Shown: positions 52,001 to 62,205 of the stretch, in pieces
Position numbering within the stretch: the stretch's first letter is position 1
Layout: the number at the start of each line of letters is the position of its first letter
Source of the DNA: Macrostomum hystrix
Lineage: Eukaryota; Animalia; Platyhelminthes
Assembly (NCBI GenBank): GCA_950097015.1
Contig: CATNEN010000008.1
Span: 1,736,001 to 1,800,000, forward strand
Direction of reading: 5' to 3'
DNA length: 64,000 nucleotides
The notes under the pieces: model-generated
The model's input: only the letters and a program-made list of their open reading frames with translations
Databases searched by the model: none
What the model was told of the DNA's origin: nothing
Position numbers and translations under genes: made by a program

Positions 52001-55000
52001 ACGTGCGGCTGGAGATGGTGGCGGCGGTGGATAATAAAATATATTATCACGCGACAATTAATTAATAAAAGTCCATTTCAAGGTTGGTTAGAATTAAAAA
52101 TGTGTAAATGTCTACAGCATTATGGTAGCCCCACAGAATCATCAAACAGACATGCCGCTTTGTTCCGGTGCATCAGTGCGCACACAAGAACTAGATAGAG
52201 TACAAACCAGTGCCAGCCAATAAAAGTGCATTTTTTTATTCAATACAAAAGTACAATTGCTTCACAAGCACGAACATTTTTGCACAATGCAAGCGTCTAA
52301 ATCTCAACTAAATTTTTTAATGAGTCAACTGCGTTATTTAGAATGCACTAAAATGCTTTAAAATGCACCCGATGTACTTTAAATACATTTGTAAATGTAC
52401 TTTAAGTAATAAGGTTATCTAAGAGCGGAAAAAAACAAACCGACGACTGCCAGGCGCTGCTCAGAGCGTCAAATTTCTGTCTCAGAGTGAACGCCAAACT
52501 CTGCGTTTTTTTGTTAAATAAGAAATGAACATAAGAATAGAGATACTTAAGAAATAAAGATAAAGCTACGCAATTTTAAATAAAAAATACAAAACCTCAG
52601 TAGATATTCTTTCATTTCTACTGCAAGTAGACAGATAACAAAAATCTAAGAAATTCTAATAGAAATCAACGGTCTTTACCTTGCCCTGCGTCTTGTCGTG
52701 CCCGGCCACCTGTCCTGTAGCAATGGTGATCTTGTCCGGATGCACGGCGATGCACTTGACGTCGTCGTTATGCCCGGTGTAGTGCCTCTGCATGCCCTCC
52801 TCGACGTTGTGCAGTACCACCACGCTAGCAACAAAGTAGACCATCTCGCCGGTGGGTAGAAAGTACAAATTCGAGCGACAGTCACGGCCGCGATAGCCGT
52901 AGGCCCATTCGAGTTTCAGGCGTTCGGTTGGCGGCTCAGCCGGGTCAACCTGTTGAACGTCGCGAAGCTGTTCTACTAGATCAGACGGCGCGTACAGATT
53001 GATGGGCCGGCCGCGCAGGTGCATGCGAATGACGCCGTCCTCTGCAAATTAGACATTAAAAAAATTGTCACAGTATGTCAATCGCAACTCACTACTGAAT
53101 TGCCGAAGCAGTAGAGTGTTTAGCGTTACACTGGCAACATAAGTTTAAAGATCCATATGAAGCGAACCTGTAGAGCTAGAGGATACGACCCTGAAGAGCT
53201 AGAGGATACGACCCTGAAGAGCTAGAGGATGCGACCCTGAAGAGCTAGAGGATGCGACCCTGAAGAGCTAGAGGATACTACCCTGAAGAGCTAGAGGATA
53301 CGACCCTGAAGAGCTAGAGGATACGACCCTGAAGAGCTAGAGGATGCGACCCTGAAGAGCTAGAGGATGCGACCCTGAAGAGCTAGAGGATACTACCCTG
53401 AAGAGCTAGAGGATACGACCCTGAAGAGCTAGAGGATGCGACCCTGAAGAGCTAGAGGATGCGACCCTGAAGAGCTAGAGGATACTACCCTGTAGAGCTA
53501 GAGGATACTACCCTGAAGAGCTAGAGGATGCGACCCTGAAGAGCTAGAGGATACTACCCTGAAGAGCTAGAGGATGCGACCCTGAAGAGCTAGAGGATAC
53601 TACCCTGAAGAGCTAGAGGATACTACCCTGAAGAGCTAGAGGATGCGACCCTGAAGAGCTAGAGGATGCGACCCTGAAGAGCTAGAGGATGCGACCCTGA
53701 AGAGCTAGAGGAAGCGACCCTGAAGAACTAGAGGAAGCGACAAGAAACTAACAACTCACCTTTCGACCAGACAGACTCCTTGGCGCTAAAAGTGAAAAAG
53801 TTTTAAAAGGAAAACATTTTTAAAGGATAGTGTCTGATGAATTAAAAATACAAAGCTGCAAATAACTACAATCAGTAATTATAATAAAATGTACTAGACC
53901 TGCCCAAATTGGGCCTGATGTGCAGCCGACAACACAGCCGCAGCTATTTATCTGATGACTGCGTACGGCTGTTCAGTCCATGGACTGGGGGGACGCCACA
54001 CCCACCCTCAATTATTGTCCGAGAAAATGCCAAATGACACACGCATAGCAGCTGGATGAAATGAAGCAACCCAGAGTTAAAGTGTCTTGCTAAATTTGTT
54101 TCACGTGAGTCTGGAATCGAACCCCCGACCTTCTAATCGCGAGTCTGACACTGAGAAAAATGAAAAAAAAATGAATTAGACCTAATATAATCATTTAAAC
54201 AAGCATAGTTGTGGCTTCGGTACTTAGGCATGGAATTTCAGAAATTCAACTATTTACAAAACTACAAATAACTGCGTGACAATGTAATCATCTATTTGTT
54301 TACCGAACATGGGCAGTAGGTACTACAATAATACTAAGCATGATTTAAATGCAAATCAGTATCTTTTCTTTTTACGCTCACTTTAACGAGCACAGGAAAG
54401 TGTGCGATCGATCTATTTAACACAAAATGAAAAGAAAATAATTGCGTTTTAATCTAGTTTTTGAATCACGATCCACTTTCTGGAACTATCTAGTGACAAT
54501 CTGGAACTATCTAGTGACAATCTGGAGCTATTTAGGGACAATCTGGAGCTATTTAGGGACAATCTGGAATTATCTAGGAACAATCTGGAATTATCCAGGG
54601 ACATTCTGGAGCTATCTAGGGACAATCTGGAATTATCTAGGGACAATCTGGAGCTATTTAGGGACAATCTGGAGCTATTTAGGGACAATCTGGAATTATC
54701 TAGGAACAATCTGGAATTATCCAGGGACATTCTGGAGCTATCTAGGGACAATCTGGAATTATCTAGGGACAATCTGGAATTATCTAGGGACAATCTGGAA
54801 TTATCTAGGAACAATCTGGAATTATCCAGGGACATTCTGGAGCTATCTAGGGACAATCTGGAATTATCTAGGGACAATCTGGAATTATCTAGGGACAATC
54901 TGGAGCTATCTAGGGACAATCTGGAATTATCTTGGGACAATCGGGAATTATCTAGGGACAATCGGGAATTATCTAGGGACAATCTGGAATTACCTAGGGA

Positions 55001-58000
55001 CAATCTGGAGCTATCTAGGGACAATCTGGAATTATCTAGGGACAATCTGGAGCCATCTAGGGACAATCTGGAATTATCTAGGGACAATCTGGAATTATCT
55101 AGGGACAATCTGGAATTATCTAGGGACATTCTGGAATTATCTATGGACAATATGGAAACATCTAGGGATCATCTAGGGACAATCTGGAATAATCTATGGA
55201 CAATATGGAAACATCTAGGGATCATCTAGGGACAATCTGGAATTATCTATGGACAATATGGAAACATCTAGGGATCATCTAGGGACAATCTGGAATTATC
55301 TATGGACAATATGGAAACATCTAGGGATCATCTAGGGACAATCTGGAATTATCTAGGGACAATCTGGAATCATCTAGGGACAATCTGTAATCATCTAGGG
55401 ACGTTCTGGAAGCATCTAGGGACGTTCTGGAATTATCTATGGACAATATGGAAACATCTAGGGATCATCTAGGGACAATCTGGAATAATCTATGGACAAT
55501 ATGGAAACATCTAGGGATCATCTAGGGACAATCTGGAATTATCTATGGACAATATGGAAACATCTAGGGATCATCTAGGGACAATCTGGAATTATCTATG
55601 GACAATATGGAAACATCTAGGGATCATCTAGGGACAATCTGGAATTATCTAGGGACAATCTGGAATCATCTAGGGACAATCTGTAATCATCTAGGGACGT
55701 TCTGGAATCATCTAGGGACGTTCTGGAATCATCTAGGGACGTTCTGGATGTCTCGGGACATTCTGGATATCTATGGATCTTCTGGAAATATCTTGGGACG
55801 TACTGGGGTAAGTAGGGACGTTTGAAAAAAGCCCTGAGAACACCCCGAGGCACTAGATCAATCTCTAGGTATTTAAAGCATTGAATCAATGGTATCAATT
55901 ATGGAAATTATCTAAAATTATCAAAGACCAAATTTTCAAAGCCGCTGTAAATTTATCAAACCGGAAAAGTTACTAAAGCGAAGCACTGTTTATGCATTCG
56001 ACGTTGATCTCGCAGCTCGGTGCGTCCCTAATTAGCTAGCACAATAAATACCCACCGATGCTTAGCAACTGGCTTGGCAACCGACCGACCAGCGAAGCCT
56101 CCAACAGCTGGTATGCTGAGTAAAGAATTCGCCTTGGCTAAGTGCAGCCTGTACTTGCCAGGTTTTTTTTTGTTTACAGTCGTGGGATGGAAAGATGGAA
56201 TTATTTAGAGATTATAATTAACATATTTTTGTATTGCTACTATGAGTAGTTAAATTCACCTTTCACGTTTTCTTTAAAATGTTTATATTTCTACTGTGAG
56301 TAGCGTAGTGCAAGTGTAATGCATTTATTTTCCTAAACAATCATCGACTAACCTAGAACCGTGCGAAGCGGACAGCTGTTGCGACTGCTCGGCGGAGCCG
56401 CGTACAGACGAGCCGCGACCGACGCCGCCGGGACGCTGCGAAGCCGGGCCGCCGAGTCCAGTCGAATGGGCGCCGCTGCTGGATTTCCGACCGCCGGAGG
56501 GCGACGCGGCGGCAGTCGAAGACGACACGGACGCTATCGGCTGTTCTGATCGAGTCGGCTTGCGAACTAACGGCGCTGACTGCGGCTTACGGCCGGCACC
56601 CGAAGAGGAGCCGCCGCCGCCCGCTGAATGCTTCGCACTGACGGCGCCGGAGCCGGCAGCGCCCGCCGACTTCGGGGAAGCCGACGAGTGCAGAGCTAAA
56701 GTTATTTTTAATAAATTTAAAATATTTTACTGTTTACTGCATGCTGAGTTTCAATTAAAGAAAATTCTACTGAAATAAATGAACAGCAGACAACGTGCTC
56801 TATAATACAACGTTTAATGTGCACATGACACAGAAAGAAGGAAAAGGATGGATGCATCAGGGTAGGTAGTCCTTCAACACTTATCACATACAGTCTTATG
56901 GGTCGCTCATAGGGTCGTATGCAGTCTTTGGGTCTCTCCTAGCATCACATAAAGTAGTCTATGGGTCACTCAATGCATCACATAAAGTAGTCTATGGGTC
57001 ACTCATTGCATTACACGCAGTCTATGGGTCACTCATTGCATTACACGCAGTCTATGGGTCACTCATTGCATTACACGCAGTCTATGGGTCACTCGTAGCA
57101 TAATATACAGTCTTTGGGTCACTCATTGCATCAAATGCAGTATATGGGTCACTCTAGCGTAACGTGCAGTCGATGGGTCACTCGTAGCATTATTTACAGT
57201 CTATAGGTCACTCAATGCATCACACGCAGTCTATGGGTCACTCGTAACATAATATACAGTCTTTGGGTCACTCATTGCATCAAATGCTGTATATGGGTCA
57301 CTCTAGCGTAACGTGCAGTCAATGGGTCACTCGCAGCATAATTTAGTCTTTGGGCCACTCGTTGAATTGCATTGTTATAAAGTAGTCTATGGGTCACTCA
57401 TTGCATCACACGTAGTCTATAGGTCACTCGAAGCATAATATACAGTCTATGGGTTACTCTAGCGTACCATGCAGTATATGGGTCACTCATTGCGCCACGA
57501 ACAATCATTGCCCACATCGAAATCAAAACCAAAATCAAAGCTAATTTATAAAGCTATTTATAAAAAAGCATTTCAAGCAAGAAAAAGGCTAGCAAACAAC
57601 TAATTTAACACAATGAACCAAGAAAATCAAGAGCCAACATTTTCATCAATTAACTACACTGCATGTTCGAGAACATGCATTAGAGCTTGTATCGCATTAA
57701 CAACATAAGAAATTGTCCAAGACAAAAAAGAACACAAGCCACAACAAAAAAAGGTAGAAGAAGAAGAGCACACAACGAGGAGGAAATTCAAGAAACCAAT
57801 TTTTTTCTAAGAATCGAACGCTGAAATGGAGAGGATTTTGGTTTGGTTGTGTGCGACGGTTGAAGTTACTATTGTATCGATCTGAGTCTTAAATTAATCT
57901 ATTTTTTAGTTTCATCACAAGGGAGTTATTGCCTAGCGGTTAGAGCGTCGGACTCAAGACTTGAAGGTCAGGGGTTCGATTTCCGACTCAACTAGAACAA

Positions 58001-59910
58001 TTCGTGTCCTTTAGCAAGATAGGGCCAAATGTGCAGCCGACAGCACAGCCGGAGCTATTGCGCAGTGCATCTGAAGGCTGCGTACGGCTGTTCAGTCCAT
58101 GGACTGGGGGCGCCAAACCCACCCTCTAAATGACAACAGCTAATGATGATAACCATTCCATTTTATCATATGGGTTAACTGAAGAGATTCAGAGTTAAGT
58201 GACTCACTAAAGGACACAAATTGTTCCAGTCGAATCGCACCCCTGACCTTCCAGTCCTAAGTCCGACGCTCTAACAACTAGGCTACAAGCCCTGCTAAAT
58301 CCACCAACCAGGATTCTATCCACCAATCTAACAGAGAATAAACAGAGAGTTAACTCTTACCCAACACGTCCGCGGCACAGTAGCTGTTAGCAGATGGTGG
58401 CAAACAAACGGCCGGAGACCCACCTTTGCTTGTCTCCAGGCCGGCCAGACGTCGCAGGCAGTCGGACAGAGCCGACCGAAGGCAGACTAGTTCGTCGGCT
58501 TGCGATTGCACCCGCTGCTCCAGGTCGCCAACGCGATCGCGCAGCTCACTATTCTCCTGGCTGAGTAGGCCGTCTAGAGTATAATAAAGGGATGGATTAA
58601 ATTTTTTATTAAACCAGATTTTTTTGTTTCTAATCTGCAAATCAGCAAAGAAAAATATTGACTAGTGGCTTAAACTCTTAAATCAAGTTTATGGATAACA
58701 AAAATAAAAATAATTTTTTGTGATCAAGCACTTTGCAATTTAGCACATGTATTTGTTTTACTATTAAAGCTTGTTCATTAATTGTCTGCAGTGTAAATTA
58801 TTCTTACCAAAACCCTTTTCTGAAAAAGAAAGAAATTAACATTATTGAAATTATTTTCATCTTGACAAATATCAGTTTTTCAATAAAATACTCAATTGAG
58901 TTAAGTTAAACTGCTTATCTTGTATTTTTAATTAAAAAACACAGCAGCAGAAAAAATATATTCTTTTTGGAAGCAATATTTCTTAGTTTGATAATTCTTT
59001 CTCATTAAGGATAAGAACTTAAAATGTTTTATTTTAAACTAATGTGCGAACAATAAGGTACAAGTTTTCCATAAAAGTGATGTAGGTATATACAACACCA
59101 CACAATTTTTATAGAAGTTTTTGTACAAATTGTTATGAAGCTGTTATTTGATGTTTAAATATAGCCTTCAATTTATTCACATTGTACTTCTGACTTGCTC
59201 TGATCTCAACTTATTGAAAATAAAATTATGATGCTAAAATACTAAAAATAAGATAAAGGACTAATTAATCTCCATTTTACAATTATTCTATAAAACATTT
59301 TAGCAGTAATAAAAAAGAAATTTAAGCAAACAAAAATTTAAAATCTCAAGAAATGAATAAGTAGTACCTGCATTAGCTATATAATAGTCTGATTAGCGGT
59401 ACAGGCAAAATTTAAAAAGTTTATAAATATTTATAAAACTATTCTGAAAAAAGGAAATAGAAAAAATTGGAGATGAAGATTGTGTTGAAATATTTTTCCT
59501 CCTTTACTTACTTGCCATGACTATCTAGTTCACATAGCTACAAATACTGTTAAATTAAAATCTTGTCTTGGTTTTATATTAGCAAATCAAACAATTATAT
59601 TAGATTAGTTTAGTACTATATTCATGAAAGAACAGAGTTTGTAAGTATATCATATTTTAAGGAACTATATACTCAAGCAGTAGACAAAAAGCAAATGTGT
59701 AATTTTGTTTAGATGTTCATGATAGAATATTCTAAAAACCAAAAGAACCGATAGATAAAATGGAACGATATAGTTGAATAAAAAACCAAGGAAACAGATT
59801 CTGTGGGTAAAACAGAGCAGACCCGGTTCCCACTTACTTATCCCTTGGCTAGTAGCACTTTCGTCCAGCTGTTTTCCGCAATTCTCCTGACTAGCTGTTG
59901 ATGCATCCAT
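49072..59910 (-). CDS. EML: Echinoderm microtubule-associated protein-like (EMAP/EML1-4 type: coiled coil, HELP motif, WD40 TAPE domain), 9 exons, ~852 aa
   Basis: Exons 59910-59838 (first exon tentative), 58573-58361, 56695-56353, 53785-53760, 53041-52680, 52008-51676, 51018-50674, 50578-50254, 49610-49072. Coiled coil LEQRVQSQADELVCLRSALSDCLRRL; HELP LKLEWAYGYRGRDCRSNL; HYTGHNDDVKC; PHVRVW; ITGDSNGNI; GHVEELWGL; GHSSFVTHLDWS; YGGHSSHVTNVRF. Confidence 0.93.
49705..49835 (-). mobile_element. tRNA-derived SINE family A, partial copy
   Basis: B box GGTTCGACTCC on the minus strand; core CAGTCCATGGACTGGGGGACGCCACACCCACC. Confidence 0.7.
51200..51570. repeat. 48-bp minisatellite (ATTTGACCTTGAGCTTGAACCATTCCTATTGGTTTGCAACAGCTATAT), ~7 copies
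   Basis: Read directly; EML intron. Confidence 0.95.
53165..53742. repeat. 23-bp minisatellite (ACCCTGAAGAGCTAGAGGATRCG), ~25 copies
   Basis: Read directly; ends ~18 nt from the donor of the 26-nt EML microexon. Confidence 0.96.
53905..54150 (-). mobile_element. tRNA-derived SINE family A
   Basis: Minus strand has head GTCAGACTCGCGATTAGAAGGTCGGGGGTTCGATTCC and then TTAGCAAGACACTTTAAC; shared core and tail read on the plus strand as TGTGCAGCCGAC..CTGCGTACGGCTGTTCAGTCCATGGACTG. Confidence 0.75.
54472..55800. repeat. 21-bp minisatellite (GGGACAATCTGGAATTATCTA) switching at ~55140 to a derived 53-bp unit
   Basis: Both periods read directly. Confidence 0.95.
56895..57492. repeat. Diverged ~30-bp minisatellite (CAGTCTATGGGTCACTCATTGCATTACACG)
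   Basis: About 20 imperfect copies; EML intron. Confidence 0.9.
57920..58295. mobile_element. SINE family A copy (58020-58295, minus) with a second, inverted tRNA-like head (57920-58020, plus)
   Basis: Both arms read inward as GCCTAG..GTTAGAGCGTCGGACT...GACT.GAAGGTCAGGGGT.CGATT...GAACAATT.GTGTCCTTTAG. Confidence 0.8.
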
Positions 59911-60630
59911 TTTGCTAAAGAATCGGATAAAAAATATTGCACTGCAAAAATGCTGCCCACTTTGTGGTAGAAGAATATGAGACCGGGATTAGATTTGGAC
60001 GATAATTTATTTTCCTGCTGAAACCGTGTTTAAAAATCCCACTGACGCATTTAAGTGCACATAATTAGTTAAACATAATATACCCGACAGAAAACGTTTA
60101 AGTTGCTTTTAGATACAAGCTGTCAAATTTATTCATTTTAGTATAATGTTGCTTTATCTACTATGTCAACAAAATGTGTGCAAATATTTATTAATAACCC
60201 TTCTAATTTTTGGGCGCCCGGAATAAATGCGTTATTTATTCCTCATTCAACGGACGACTCTTTTTTAGCTCGTTCTAGTTTTCTGGGCTGAACATATTCT
60301 ACATCAACTAAAACAGGAATTTCGAATGGAAAATTATAATGGAACAATTCCTTCGAAATTAGAAGGTTAGGACATAAAATAATTTAGTAGCTTTTTCGGA
60401 TTGCTTTTTTTCAAAACTGCTTAGTAACTCGAATAATTGTTTAAGCATCAAATAATATTCAAAAGAAAACTGTCTTGAGCTATTCAGTTCACGTACCAGA
60501 TAAATCAAATTCTTACAGCTTTTGTTGATACAACTAGCTGATACCTCACATTTGTATGCAGTAATTGAGTAAAAAATTAGTAAAATACACGAGCCTATAT
60601 AGAATTAGATAATGGCACAATTGCACTTAC

Positions 60631-60811
60631 TAGACACCCCATTCGTGTCAGCAAGCCTGTCAGGTGAAAATACGAATACGTCATCGATACGCGCCTGAGG
60701 AGAAGGGCTGAATGCGACGTGCAGTGGCTGATCAGGCTGTTGCAGCTGTCGCCGGCGGCTCCAGGATCCGGATCGAGAGCCGGGCAAGTGATAACTCCCA
60801 CCTGAGCTCAT
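60631..60811 (-). other. Possible alternative first coding exon or 5'UTR exon of EML
   Basis: ATG at 60811, GC-rich, strong donor A|GTAAGT at 60630 in phase 1, compatible with the acceptor at 58573. Confidence 0.4.
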
Positions 60812-61509
60812 ATCACTTTTGTATTCAATATTACTATTACAATATAGATCTAATCAATTGTAGTGTTCCTTCTATTATATTCGAGCTGAAACTCTTGAAT
60901 CCACATTTAGCAACCGCAAAGAATGCAGGGCTACTTTTCTGTCGAGTTAAATATACATAGCCTAACAAAATGAGACTCTTAGGCTAGGTATATACTGTGT
61001 AGCTCAGCACAATGAAAGTTCAAACTTCTGAAAATGAGAGGCCACTTATCTTTAGTTCTATTTTTGCATTTTTGTATTTAAATAGGCACCACGAGCTGCC
61101 AGGGTCGAAAAAAGAGCCAAATTTACGTGCCAAATCTTATTAACCTATAGCAATCTTCTAAACCGCTGCCTAACTCATCCACAACTTCGCAGCGGGCCAA
61201 CTAAATGGCTATGTTGAATGCAATAGTTGTATATTATATATGTGCTTCTCTTGCTCCGGAAAAATGAATTAAACTTAGTTTCTTACTTTGAACTCAGGGA
61301 AGGGAGGTTGGAGACAGCAATTCGTACAGCGACTTGAGTAGGTTGCGATGTCGACTAGTGGCTAAACAGTGCAGATTAGATATCTCGATTTAAGCGCTAA
61401 AGTGAGTTTAAAATGTGCTTCGCCTAGCAGAGTATAGAGTACTTACTTGTAGAGTACACGCTTTCTTAAATGAAAGGATTTCTCACTCTGAGATCTCCGA
61501 CAGCTTGTT

Positions 61510-62205
61510 GGATTTTCTCACCCTCCGATCTTCCCCAACTTGAGGTATTTTCTCACCCTCCGATCTTCCCCAACTTGAGGTATTTTCTCATCCTCAGATC
61601 TTCCCCAACTTGAGGCATTTTCTCACCCTCAGATCTTCCCCAACTTGAGGCATTTTCTCACCCTCCGATCTTCCCCAACTTGAGGGATTTATTCATCCTC
61701 AGATCATCCCCAACTTGAGGGATTTTCTCATCCTCAGATCCTAACTTGTTGGATTTTCTCACCCTCCGATCTTCCCCAACTTGAGGGATTTTCTCATCCT
61801 CAGATCTTCCACAACTTGAGGGATTTTCTCACCCTCCGATCTTCCCCAACTTGAGGCATTTTCTCACCCTCCGATCTTCCCCAACTTGAGGGATTTATTC
61901 ATCCTCAGATCATCCCCAACTTGAGGGATTTTCTCATCCTCAGATCCTAACTTGTTGGATTTTCTCACCCTCCGATCTTCCCCAACTTGAGGGATTTTCT
62001 CATCCTCAGATCTTCCCCAACTTGAGGGATTTTCTCATCCTCAGATCTTCCCCAACTTGAAGGATTTTCTCATCCTCAGATCTTCCCCAACTTGAGGGAT
62101 TTTCTCATCCTCAGATCTTCCCCAACTTGAGGGATTTTCTCACCCTCAGATCTTCCCTAACTTGAGGGATTTTCTCATCCTCAGATCTTCCCCAACTTGA
62201 GGTAT
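61510..62205. repeat. 35-bp minisatellite (TTTTCTCATCCTCAGATCTTCCCCAACTTGAGGGA), ~20 copies
   Basis: Read directly. Confidence 0.95.

Noticed and set aside
53950-53990. CTGATGA suggesting a hammerhead ribozyme in SINE A
   Set aside because: No GAAA and stem II in the required position; the sister copy reads CTGAAGG.
57920-57995. Functional tRNA gene
   Set aside because: Acceptor and anticodon stems do not pair properly, there is no oligo-T terminator, and it runs into SINE body sequence.
40928-58640. Plus-strand ORFs antisense to NPC1, PBLD and EML exons
   Set aside because: Shadow ORFs of GC-rich coding sequence.
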